DNA of 64,000 bases. Origin: Monocercomonoides exilis PA203. Its lineage: Eukaryota; Protista; Preaxostyla. Of the stretch, positions 12,828 to 25,195 are shown one piece after another. Position numbers and translations under genes: made by a program. The notes beneath the pieces were generated by a model. It worked only from the letters and a program-made list of their open reading frames with translations, did not search any database and was not told the DNA's origin. The stretch is from assembly GCA_001643675.2 (NCBI GenBank), contig LSRY02000018.1:1426001-1490000 (forward strand), in the 5' to 3' direction. Position 1 is the stretch's first letter. Each line of letters begins with the position of its first letter.

Positions 12828-15821
12828 GATTGAATAATAAATTAATAAAAAAATATATTTGTTAAAATAAAATGAAAACCACTAAATTTATCATAATTTC
12901 AGATGCATCGAATATGTGTGTTCAGTTTTTGCATTTATGTAGTTCATGTACACAATGTTAATGGACAATTCTATTCAAATGAAATATTGAATTAACATTG
13001 AAAATCCTGTTTGTCAGGATAAAGAATCGAAACGTATCTTGCACTTTTTATTAATAAACAACTGCAAAGTGGTTCAATCAAGCGATAATCTTTTTCATTG
13101 AAAAACTAATATAAAAATTTTGATCAATAAATATGATACATAATTTTTTTAAAAAAAGTATTTCTTCTCATAAAGAAGTTTGATATAAATAAACGAACAT
13201 CACTTTGAAAGTTTAATATTTTCATTTGTATTATGGTAACGGAGTGTTTTTGAATTAACTTTCATGGGTCAGATTTTTGATCTGATGTCACTTTTCAAAA
13301 AAAATTACCCAAATAATAATTTGTTGTTGAAGTTCAGATAATCTAGTACTGATGTCTTTTTCTAAAAAATTTTTTTAATGTTTCTTTCTGAAAACTTAAT
13401 CCTTTGCATCAAGAAAGACAGAATATGTTTCAAAATATAATCCATTTTTTTTTATTCGTCATTCAAAAAGATTGCTCTTTGAAAAATCGATTTTTTTATC
13501 AAAAATCTCTTTTCAAAGATTTATAGAAAATTCGTTCAAAAAAAGTCTAATGACATAACCAAACAACTTAAATTGTTTTGCAAGTGAATAAAGTATTTTT
13601 GAGAAAAATTTGAAAAAAAGAAAAAAATTACCAAAAATTATTTTGCTTTATTAATTAATTTCCATTTCTTTCATGTCATTTAAAGCAACATTGCTTATAA
13701 TCACAATCGCATATGGTCACAAAAAGTTGTGCAAAAACCGATTGATTATATCCGATTAGGACTGTATTAAGGCTTGAAATATAACATGAAAGGATAGGTC
13801 CAGTTGTGCAATTTAAAAAAAAATGCACATCCAAGACTTTTTCGAAGTATTTTTTAACTGTGGACAAGATGAAAAATATCCACAAATCATAAACTTCTTT
13901 CAGTTTGTTATCTTTTCATTTTATATTCTTCTAAACAAATTTCATTTATCTTCGTTTGTTCACTGATAATTGCAAGAGACATGATCAACAATAAAAAAAA
14001 TTTAAAAGAAGATCACAGTAATGGCAAATCTCATTTTAACGAATGCTGAGAAAAGAATCAAGCAGTATCCAGCTTTGCAATAAAAGTGTAACATGTCAAC
14101 TTGTGAGCTGTGCTTCATTGTTTCCATTTCATTAGATAATCGAGCAAGACTGTTTCTCATTCAATAAACACCACCAGATCGTTGTTTGAATCAATAACAT
14201 AATTTTATTTATTCCAATAAAGTGCCGAATAAGCAAATTTCCTATCTGTTTAAAAACCATTGCGATATTTTCGAATAACAAGGAACAATCATATTTTAGA
14301 TGAATCGTCGATAAGCTTACAATTTATTGAAGCGGTTGGATGTAACATATAGAATTCGACAAAATAAAATGAAGAATTGTTTAACTGAACTGAAACATTT
14401 GAAAGCATAAACTCTAAATAGAATTTTCACACACTGCTCTGTCCGGCACAAACCATGTAATGTGTTGAAATATCTTTTGTAATCGATTTTAAAGAATCTC
14501 AGCTTGAGGTGGTTATTTCAAAGTCATCTTAGACAAATTTTGTTTAACTGAAATGCTTTAATCACACAAAATTTTGAAAACGCCTGCGAAAGAAAGTGCA
14601 AATGAAAGCAGATATCACTGAAGCAACAAATTCGCTTTCACAATTTTTAACCAAAAATTGTCATAAAGAAAAAAGATAGGACAAAAAAAAAATGAAATGC
14701 AAATCCAAAATGTTAATTATCAATGTTGTCATATTTTTTCCTATTTATATTATTGGGCGAAAATATGAAATAACTGCTCTCTTTATCAAAAAACAACAAT
14801 GGTTCTTAAAACGAAATGTTCATTTTTGAAGATAGTTTAACCATGAATATTTGATAACTGCAGGATAAGAGAAAAAGAAAGCCAACCAGAACTTTTCAAC
14901 ACTTCGATGAGTGATGCTAATTATTTTGTTGATCAGCAATCAGCTGATGAAAAAAGAGACAGAAATAGTTATTTATTTGATTTTACAAAAAACCAACCAA
15001 GAAATTGAGCAAATTGTCAACTTTTGAAATGAAATGAAATCAGAAATATTTATATTCAATAAAAATATGTTTGTTATAGTCACATCTTCACTGAAAAGGA
15101 AAGACTTGAAAGAATACTTTTATGATTCTGTTGAGGTTTGATCACACATAAATTAGTTTTTTTTTCTTTTTCTTTCTTTCTTTCTTTCTTTCTTTTTTTT
15201 TTTCTTATTTTTTTTTTTTTTGTGAACACATATGCTCTTAAGTGTCATTCTGTGATAATAATATCAAGTCTGCTTAATGTTCAACAATCTGTATATATTA
15301 ACTCATTTATTGATTTCAAACTATTGCAAATGAAAAAAATCCATTAATAAATAATAAAAACGAAAAATCGTTAAAAAAATAATTCTTAATGAAATGAAAA
15401 TTGAATTGTTTATATGAATTTTAGTGATTTGCTAAGTCATTTATTTAATATAAGCCTGTGTATTCAAGTTTCGTATTTTGAACATAATTTTTCACTGACT
15501 ATAAGAATTATCTCAGCTCTCAATGAGCTTCCAGATAAAGGAAAAAGTTTTAATCTCCTTCATATAATATAATTGCTATTCTAATGACTTTTGTTTCACA
15601 AATGACATTAATATTCTCTCTTTTCATTATTTGCAACATTTTTTTTATTAATTGTTTTTCATTATTTTTCGATTTTTGGGTTGATAATTCCTTCTCAGAT
15701 TCGATTTCACAACTATGACAAATTTCCATTCACTTTACAATGAAATTTATTTAATATTTAAAGATGATAATGAGTTTTTTGTTCAGTGCAAAAAATTGAT
15801 AACCCATTAGAAACATATTAG

Positions 15822-18800
15822 ATGAACAACAATCGTGATGAATTTTATGAAAGAACACTGCAATCTGACAAAACGGTTTATTATTTTTAAGAAGTACTTT
15901 TTGTATGTATAAACTTTTATTGATGCAAAATTACTGACAGATGCTTAACGCACTGAAAGAGTTTTCTTCGTTTGTTCTTTCTCATTCTCGAGATTTGCAA
16001 AATGAAGTGGAACAAGTGAAAGAAAAGGCTATAGACACAGAGATTCAAGTTGAAGATGCTTTCAATCATTTTCATTTGTTGTCTACACAACGTTTTATTG
16101 AGAATGTTTGATAATTATGGACAAAAATTTTTAAACGCATAATTTTAAACTCTTGCTTTTATTATTAAGCGCGTTTATGAAGACATTGACGATGATTTTG
16201 AAATGCCCGAATTTGAAGAACAAGATGTCTGTGAAAAGTTTTCAAAAGAAGAAAGAGATTCCATTTTAACAAAACGTTTTGGAAATGTTGCAAGAGTTGG
16301 AATTCAAGCCACTGAAATTTCAAAAGTTTTTCTCAACGAAGAAATTATTAGAACTGTCAATTATCAGCCTTCGTCATCATTTTCTCGAGATCGTTCAATG
16401 TCTTTGTCAATGGCACCACCCGTTCCACCTGCATCTCAGCCAGACATTCTGCCTCCAATAGATCATTCTGCATCCATTTCTTCATCTCATAATATTGTGA
16501 CTTCATTTGACTTGAAGCCAAATATTACCCCTCATTCGTCTTCGCTATTTGCATCCTCATCTCATTTTATGCACCGTCCTCTCCCTTATTTAATTGGAAG
16601 TGCGTCTTTCTTTGCTGATCCACATGCCGGAATTTTATTGAGTATCGACTGCAATGAGGAGGAGCGGGAGATAGAGCGAGGTGCGCTGAGTGCGTTCGAT
16701 GTGAATAAGGGGATTCCTGGTAGCGTGTCGAGCGATGGGACGAGTGTGAATGCATCTGGGATGAGGGCACCTGCACCACCACCGCCTCTGATTGTATCTG
16801 ATGGTAATTTCGAGTCAGAGAAGATGAAGGCAAAGGAAGAAGAAAAAGAAGAAGAAGAGAGCAATGAAGATACAAATAACAGAAACAGAAGCAATGAGGA
16901 GGAGAAGAAAAAGGAGGAGGAAAGGAGAAAGGAGGAAAAAGAAAGGGAGAAAGAGAAAGAGAGAGAAAGCATTAGAGAAAAGGAAAAGGAAAAGGAAAAA
17001 GATAAAGAAAAAGAGAGAAAAAAAGTATTGGTACAGAGATTGAAAGAGGAAGACGAAGAAGAGCAAAGAGAAGATGCCGAGTTGAGCAAGCGCATTGCAG
17101 AAAGGAAAAAGGACATGAAAAAGAAACTAAGTAAAGTCGAAAAGCCAAAGCCGAAAAAGACGAAGATAGTGAAGAAGAAGAAGAAGAAGGCAAAAGTTGG
17201 TTCGAAAGAGATAAATGGAGCTGGAAGGCCGAAAGACAAATACACGCTCTTCCTCACAGGAGAAGAAGAGGACAGCGAATATGAATATGAAGAAGTGGAA
17301 GTGGAAGTTGAAGGGATAGATTCGATGTCTGATTCTGAAGCGCCTATTTTTGGTGCAGAAAGTCAAAAGAAGAAGAGCAAAAAGGGAAGAGTGGAAAGCG
17401 AAGGAGCAGCAGAAGAGGAGCCAGAGGTGCTTGGAGCAGACAGTCACAAAGAAGGAAGAGAAGGAAAAGGAGGGAAAGAAGAGAAGAAAGAGAAGAAAGG
17501 CAAAGGAATGCTGGATTCTGCAGATTTGTTGAAGGATCTGGATTTTGGTGAGACTAGAGACAAACAGAAGAAGAAAGAGAAAGAGAAAGAGAAAGACAGA
17601 GCTGGAAACAAAGGCAGAGGCGAGGAAGAGAAAGAGGCTTCCTTTTTGACGAACGAAAAAGGGAACAAGGCGATTCCTGGAGGGAAGAATGCAAATGCGA
17701 ATGCTTTGGACAAAAGCAACGATGAAGAGAGCGAAACGGACGAAGAAATCAAGAAGTGGAAGGCAGACAGGCAGAAGAGGAAAGAAGAGAAGGAGAAGGA
17801 AAGGAGGCAGCTGCTTCGAGCAGAAGAAGAGAAAGAGAAGGTGCGCTTGAAGGCAGAAGAAGAGGAAAGGAGGAAAGCGAAGGAGGAAGAGAGAAGAAGA
17901 GCAAGGGAACTGGAAAGAGAGGAAGAAGAAAGAGAGAAGAAGAAAATGGAAGGATGGCGAGCTGAAAGCGAGGCGCAAAGGCAGAAGGAGAAGGAAGAAG
18001 AAGAAAGGGAGAAGGAGAGAATTAAAGAAAAAGAAGAAAAAGAGAAGAAGAAGAGGGAAGAGAAAGAAAGAAAGCAGAAAGAGAAAGAAGAGAGGAAAAA
18101 GAGGGAAAAAGCAGAGAAGGAGCAGAAGCGGAAGATGATGCTGGAGCGGATGAAGGCGGAGGAGAGAGAGAGAGAGAAAGAAGCAGAAAGAGAAGCGAAG
18201 CGACTGGAGGCAGAGCGGCAGGAGGAGGAAAGGCTGAAGAGGGAGTTTGAAGAGAAAGAGAGGCTGAAGGAGGTGGAAAGGAGGTGGAAGATGGAGTGTG
18301 AGCTGCGGAAGAAGGAGGACGAGGAGGACGCGAGGCGGAGGAGAGAAGAAGAAGAAAGGAACGGGCGGATGAAGGCGAGTGAGAAGGAGGAGAGGGAAAG
18401 CGAAGAGGAGAAGAGGAGGATGGCGGCGTGGCTGGAGTTCCGGCAGAAGTCGAAGGCGCAGCGGGAGAGGCAGCAGACGGAGCAGGAAGAGAGATGGCGG
18501 AAAGAGCGGATCAAAACAGAGGAGGAGATCAAAATGGAGCGAAGGCTGTGGGAGCAGCAGGAGAGAGAGAGGGAGGAGAGGATGAAGCAGGAGCTGAGGG
18601 AGCAGAAGGAAAGAGAAGAGCAGAAGAGGCTGCAGCTGCAGTTGCAGAGAGACAGGATCCGGCTGAGGATTCCGATGAATGCGCCGACGGACGAAGTGGC
18701 GCGGATGCGGCAGAAGATGCACGAGAGGGAGGTGATGCTGGAGAAGTACCAGATGCTGAAGGAGAAGAAAGAGGAGCGGAAGAGGAAGAAGAAAGAGGCG

Positions 18801-19824
18801 TCGTTTCTGGCGATGCTTGAGGCAGACTCAGATAAGAGCTCGTCGGATGACAGCGATGAGAAAGAGAAGAAGGAGAAGAAGGAGAAGAAAAAGGAGAAGA
18901 AAGAAAAGAAGAAGGAGAAGGAGAAGAGGAAGAGAGAGAAGAAGGAAAGGAGGAGGGAAATACAGAGACAGTATCTCGAAGCACAGCTTGTGCAGAAGAC
19001 GAGGGAGATTGAGCAGTCACAGAAGCAATTGATGGCTGCTTCATCTTCTTCATCTTCTTCATTACCAGCATCATCATCTTCTTCTTCTTCTTCTGAGGGA
19101 ATGTTTGATCGGTCAATTGCAGATTATTTCTCTTCTTCGTCTTCGTCTTCGTCTTCGTCTTCGTCTTCTTCTTCTCTCAGTTCATCCTCACGCCATTTGT
19201 CTTCTCCGAAGCATTCACATCTTCTCAGCAGCAGCAGCAGTGGCGGAGGCAGTTCAGAAGGAGCAGATTCATCGTCAGAAGAAGACTTGTTTGCATCCAT
19301 TTTGTCAGCTGGCACAACCAGCAAAAGATTCAACACTCCCATCCACACACCCACAAAGACGGCTTTTGCTGCAGTTGCTGCAAAGAAACAGGATTCGCAT
19401 TCGTTTTCATCTTCTTCTTATTCTTCTTCTCTTTCTTTGGATTCAGATCCTCTTTCATCATCATCATCTTCTTCTTCTTCTTCTTCTTCTTCCATTTCTC
19501 AATGCAAAACAGATTCTTCTTCACAGAAACAGCAAAAATATCAAGCCAGCTCAGCTCTTTCGAAAGGAGTGACAGCAGCCGAATTAGACGAAGAAAGGCA
19601 TTTGAATGCAAAGCCGAAGAAGATGGGGAAATTAGTACTGGGAAAAGTATGCAATTTTTGTTTTCTTAATAATTTTCAATTAAAAATTTGTGTTTTTATA
19701 TATTTTTTGTTTTTTGATAATGTTTCAATTTTTAATGATTTTTCTATTAATTTTTTGAACTTTTATTGAATTTTCTATTTCACAGCCGAAAAAAGCCAAT
19801 TTGTTTGAAGATCTGTTTGAGTGA
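15822..19824 (+). CDS. WASHC2: WASH complex subunit 2 (FAM21) homolog, about 1244 aa
   Basis: Exons 15822-15875, 15941-16105, 16170-19646 and 19786-19824 (all GT-AG, in frame). Head domain: MLNALKEFSSFVLSHS...FNHFHLLSTQRFIENRVYED (FAM21 LSNTQFIENRVYDE) and HRPLPYLIGSASF (FAM21 RPLPYLIGS). The tail has LF-acidic motifs (EDLFA, NLFEDLFE*). Confidence 0.85.
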
Positions 19825-20564
19825 TTGGCAAATCAGCAGAAATTTTCAGCACTTTCGCTATCTGCATGAAATTCCACTATTTATTCAGTTTCCACCTTTT
19901 TGTCGATGAAGATTCTCATAAGGAACAAAAATAGCTGTAAAATGATAAAAATGAATGGAGAATTCAGAATCATATTTATGAAATCAATTGTTGATGGAAA
20001 TTGCATGTATTTTTTAAAAGAGAAACAAAGTTATTCTTCTTATTCTTATTCTTTTTGTTGTTGTTGTTTTGTAATGTGTGTTATTTGCCTTAGTTGTTTG
20101 TATTTCAATTGTTTTTATTTTTATTTATGTAAAAATGCTTATGTTTTTGATTTTTTAAGAGTTTTCATGTCTGCTTCAAATAATAATTCAGAATAATCTT
20201 CTTTCTGTGAAACATTTTATTTATCAATATTTAAGTCAATCCAGTTGTGAAAATATGAAGGAAAACTTTCATTTTGAGATTATCAAAGAGAAAACGGGAA
20301 TTTTTATTCTAATTGGATGAAATACGTTTCATTTTCTTTTGATTTTTGAATGCTTTTCTTCTTTCTTTTACAAAATTAACAAAATCAATCGCAATTTTTC
20401 TTCGCAGTATTTATTGTGGTATCGAAAACATTACCAAATAAAAGAAAGAAAGAACAAATAACATAAACAATAACACAATTTTTATAATCAATTTATTTTC
20501 TTATTTATTTTATAATAAATCTTTTTCTATTAATATCATACGCGTCTTTCATAGAGCTGTTCTA

Positions 20565-22716
20565 TTAATGCCATCCTGGAGGTATTTGATTGGAAGAGGG
20601 TTGCACGGGATATGGATAACCTGAGGCAGAAGGATACACTGAAATAATTATTGTTATCATAATCATCATTATCATAGTCATGATATGAGAGAGAAAAGAT
20701 AATAATGTTATTTCATCAACACATATATAAGAAAAATGAATTATAGGAAAAAAAAGTGCTTTCCTTTTCAAAATGATTTGCAAAAAATATATGGTATTAA
20801 ATTGAGTAAATCTCTTTCTCTCTCTTTCTCTCTTTCTCCTAATTCATTCATATTCATTTTCATTCATTCGCCACACACACTCTCGCTCACACACCTGAAG
20901 GAGGAGCCCCCATATATGTGTTTGCAGGCGACGAAGTCAAAGACACAGCCAAAAACGATCCTTTTTTCTTTTCAGGCGCTTTTTTCTTTTTGTCGTCGAG
21001 AGAGTCCAAATCAACAAGAGAAGACAAGAAATCGTCTGAGGAAGACGAAGGCGAATGTGAAATTGCTGTGCCTGAAGAAGAAGATGACGATGATGAAATT
21101 GTTTGATGTGCAGAAGTAGAAGAGGAAGAAGAAGAAGAAGCAAGTTGCTCCTGAAAGATCGCAAATACATCGTTTGTCGATTCTTTTGATTGAATAAACA
21201 CATTTTGTGCTTGTTTGGGGGCAGAAGGAGAAGAAGCGAATGAAGAAGAAGAAGAAGAAGAAGAAGCCATTGAAGCAGAAGCAGCTTGAGCAGCTAGTTG
21301 AGTTTGTTGAGTTTGTTGAGTGGGTGGGAAGAAAGGATAACCCGGTGGAACACTCTGAGAAGAAGGCAATGCAGAAGAAGATGCAACAGAAGGTGAGGCA
21401 GAAGGCGTTTGAGCAAAGAAAGGCACAGCAGCAGTTGTCGATGCAGGGGCAAAGAAGGAAGGAGCCGTTGCCTGTGCACCGCTGGCATTGGGCACAGCAA
21501 CAACAGGCGCAGATGTCATTGGCCCAAAAGCGAAGGGATCTTCTTGCTGAGCAGCACCAGCTGAAGGTGTGGGAGAAGGAGCGTGGTTTTTGCCATTGGA
21601 ACTGGCTGCTTTGCTGCTTCGAGATGCTTCGCTTGCTATTCTCTTGTGTCTTTTCTGGAATGCTTCGTAGGAGTTCTCGTAGGTGATGGCTGTGTCTTCA
21701 GGCGGAGGGGCCAATGTCTCTGAACGGGGCTCAGTGCGAGTCTTTGATGGCTGGCCATATTCCTTTGCTCGAGAAGAGGATGGGGTTGTGGATGTGGAAG
21801 GTGAAAGGATCGGCGATGGAAGAGGAGACAGAGTTTGAGTTGGTGATGGAGAAGGAGAGGGGGAAGATGATGGCGAAGCCGAAGATCTCATATGTCTGTC
21901 TTTGTTGCTCCTCGATTTATTAACTCTGGAGTCGTGTGTTATGTCATACCTATCTGGATCGTCCTGCCCCCGAGAACTGCTTTTGGAAGGAGGTGTATAA
22001 TAATCGTGAGAAACAGGGCGATATCTCTCCTCATACATATCTCTTGGAGCAGATTGTGCAGTTTGAAATCGTTCCCTTATTCGTCTCGATTCCTCTCTCA
22101 TTTCGTTAACCATATCCTCGCTTTCCAATATTTCAACAAGAGATTTGGCTTTTGTTCGAACTGGAAAAAAAATGATTCAAAATAATAAAAATAAGCAAAT
22201 ACTATCAAACTTGTTGCACCTCTATCAGTTTGCGTTTCATCTACATAATCAAAATATTGCAGATTTTTCAAGCGAAACTTGTTGGAGCTTATCTCTTCCA
22301 CACAGCGTTTATTCCCCATTCTAATCAATGCCTCGATAAGTCCTAGCGTCTTCAAATGTGATTAATATATGTGAATATGTGAACAAATATGTTTTAATAT
22401 TTTTACAATCTCTGAGGCGAGACTAACCTTTATAACAATTTTCCAATCTTTAGGTTTCTGGTCCAACCTTTCCCAAGTCTTTGACATAATTGTCTCATAA
22501 TTATGATAATCATATGTGGCATCCGCTATTTGATGGAGAATTTCGGAATCAGCAATTGAAAGATCATTTGATGTTGCTTCTTTCACTTTTCTTTCCCATT
22601 CAGATCCAAAAACAGGTAAATTTTTTCTGTTTTAAAATAACATGAGCAATTTCAAAGTTATATTTCCCAAAGCAAACAATAACATACATCCCTTTGGCAA
22701 TTGAAGATAAGGCCAT
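20565..22716 (-). CDS. ENTH-domain protein (epsin/epsinR-like clathrin adaptor)
   Basis: Spliced: MALSSIAKGIKNLPVFGSEWERKVKEATSND...IADATYDYHNYETIMSKTWERL...WKIVIK/TLGLIEALIRMG...FDYVDETQTDRGAT, a canonical ENTH domain. The disordered tail has DPF and clathrin-box LVDLD. Last exon YPSASGYPYPVQ...GWH* ends at 20565. Confidence 0.9.
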
Positions 22717-22829
22717 TTTTAAAGGATCACTGGAAGCATAATTAATAAAAAGAGACTATTTATAATAATTAGATAAATATCAAACCAGATTAATAATTAT
22801 AAAAAACATTGTTTCTTGTGATATCAAAA
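22717..22829. promoter_or_regulatory. Putative compact bidirectional promoter between the ENTH gene and eIF4E
   Basis: Only 113 bp (149 bp if eIF4E starts at 22866) of AT-rich sequence separates two divergent start codons. Confidence 0.5.
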
Positions 22830-23527
22830 ATGAATCTCGATCAAAGTCGATCAAAAAATAATAAAATGTCATCAATACAAGAAAAAACTCATCCACTTCG
22901 TTATCAATGGACATTATTTTATAGACCATCATCATTTAAAAGGGGTTCTTCGTCTACATCAAAGGATGAATGGGATGCGTCATGCCGGGAGATATGTACT
23001 GTTGAAACCGTTGAACAGTATTGGAAGTTTGATATTGTTTTGATATTGTTGAAATGCTCAAATATCGTTTTTATGCTTTCTTAATTGAATAACATAATGT
23101 TTTTTAAACGAAATACCATTTTCTAAGGATGTGTCACAACATTCCCAAACCTTCAATGCTTCCGGTGAGATCGACTTACTTTATTTTTAAAAAAGGCATC
23201 CAACCTGCATGGGAAGATCCAATGAATCAAGGGGGTGGACAAATTAATATTAAATGCCCGAAAGATAGCTTATCTTCAGAAAGTGAAATAATTTTTTTTG
23301 ACCTGATGCTTTTGATAATTGGAAATCAATTGGATTTAACTGATTCAATTTGCGGCGTAAGCTTCAGCAAAGCAAAAGATCTTGTTGAAGTGTGGACAAA
23401 GAGGAATACAAAGAACGATGATTTAAAAAGTTCTATTTTGTTATATTTGAATGATATGCTTCAGCTTCGTGGATTGCATCGTTTAGACTTTGCTTCTGTA
23501 ACGGTAACTGTAAGAAGAATGAGATGA
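22830..23527 (+). CDS. EIF4E: Eukaryotic translation initiation factor 4E family protein (divergent)
   Basis: HPLRYQWTLFY...DEW...TVEQYWK, intron 23027-23127, then MCHNIPKPS...YFIFKKGIQPAWEDPMNQGGG...ICGVS...VEVW. Alternative start at 22866. A further intron near 23510-23568 may extend the C-terminus. Confidence 0.92.
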
Positions 23528-23888
23528 ATGAATTATGTTATATGTTATGTTCATCATTGTTTTAATAGCGGGAAAAAAGACCACCATTTTCTAATGTTAG
23601 TGAATCCTTTCTCTCTTCAAATCTTCCAATATGTTGTAATATTCGTCGAAAATATGTTTTTGAAAGTTGAGTTTAGAAAATTAAAATTTTTGAACTTTTT
23701 TTGTTTTTAAAAATATTTCACAAAATTCCATTCGCTATGACTCTTTATTTGTTGGTATTCTTATTCTTGAAAAAAAAATGAAAAAAAAAGTACAAAAATT
23801 ATAAGAAACAGAAGAAAGTATATCCTTGAAATGAATATTTAATAAAAATTTTAAAATCCTATTGCAACAAAACACAAATGCAATTGCA

Positions 23889-25195
23889 CTACGGAGTAAG
23901 ATCGACTTGCTGAAGTTTAGCAGTTAGTTGCTGAATACGAGCATCTTTTAATCGAATGTTTTGTTCCAGCCTTCGTGTTTTTGTTTCGAGAATCTAAAAA
24001 ATTAAACGATCCAGATTACGCAAATAACATCAAACGTATATATCGTTTTTGAGAACCAGAGTAAAGATATCATTAAAAAACTGTCAAAACCTCAATTGTT
24101 TCCTTTAATTCTTGAATTGTTTGGTCTTTTTCTGCAATCATATGTTCAGCCATTCTCAGATATGCCTCATCAACAGCTGGAGCTGCTTTTTGCTGCGACG
24201 TTGCTGGCTGAAGTCGATCTCTCACTGAAATCCGCCAATTCAAATATTTTTGTTCGAAAAATAAAAATAAAAATAAATAAATTGGAAACAATAGCTAGAA
24301 TTTAAAAAAAAAATAAAAAATTTTAATAATAAGAAAAAATAAAATAAAATATCACTAGATTCTAGATTCTTGAAAAGAAAAGCAATTACAAAAGTATCTG
24401 ATTATTTTTCATGCCTTCTTCTTTTACTGGAGCAGTTAGCGCTTGCTTTGATGAAATGGATTCTTCTTTTTCCTCTATTTGCTCTGTTTGCTCAGGAGAA
24501 CCCTCAATGTTTGTTCCTCTGAAAGCTTTGTGACTTGTTTGAGGCGATCCGTTTGCTGAAACAAAATTTGATAAATGTATTTTAAAAAGGAAATCATAAC
24601 AAACAATGTGATTCTCGATGTTGATCAATCTGAGAAAATAATCAATAAATAGAACAGCATTCCAGATATTAAAATAGAACGAATTTATACTTTTTGTTTT
24701 AATTCAAAAAGAGCCCATTCAATTGCCCCAACTTTACATAAGGCGATGTTTTCAATATCTTCCATTGAAAACGTAAAGCCGAAGTGTTTTTTGAGAACTT
24801 TCGCTGAATAAATGATAATCGTTTATAAAAATACAAATGCTATCATAACAAAAAAATAGATTTTTGCAAACTATTCAGAGTTTTCCAGTTGTCGATTTTT
24901 TTCGATGTTGAATTTGCAGCGGGATAATTGTGCAGCTCAACGTATTTCGGATAAAAATGAGCAATTACTTCTGCCATCATTACTTCAATAAATCCATTTT
25001 AAAGTCAAAAATAAATAAAGTTAACCGTATTTAATTAAAAAAATTTTAATTAAAGTTTTGCAAACAGCAATCGCTGAAATCCCGTGCAATATTTCGCTTT
25101 ATTCTTGAGAGCTCCACTTGGTCAACCCAATCGTATATTATTGAAAGAGTGTCTGGATCTAAATTATATTTTGTTGGAAGTGATTGAGAAGCCAT
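23889..25195 (-). CDS. SPEF1: Sperm flagellar protein 1 / CLAMP (CH-domain microtubule-binding protein)
   Basis: Spliced: IYDWVDQVELSRIKRNIARDFSDCLMMAEVIAHFYPKYVELHNYPAANSTSKKIDNWKTLN-KVLK (SPEF1 CH domain) and C-terminal coiled coil IAEKDQTIQELKETIE/ILETKTRRLEQNIRLKDARIQQL. At least 6 introns. TAG stop at 23889-23891. Confidence 0.92.

Noticed and set aside
16586-19116. Long antisense and alternative-frame ORFs over FAM21 (and likewise over the ABCC and NDR kinase genes)
   Set aside because: These are shadow ORFs: purine-rich, low-complexity coding strands give stop-poor complements encoding F/L/S runs.
15822-23527. Functional clustering (FAM21 next to epsin; eIF4E in the same window as an eIF4A relic)
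   Set aside because: FAM21 and epsin are convergent with no shared promoter, and the eIF4A relic is 20 kb away and dead. Coincidence is sufficient.
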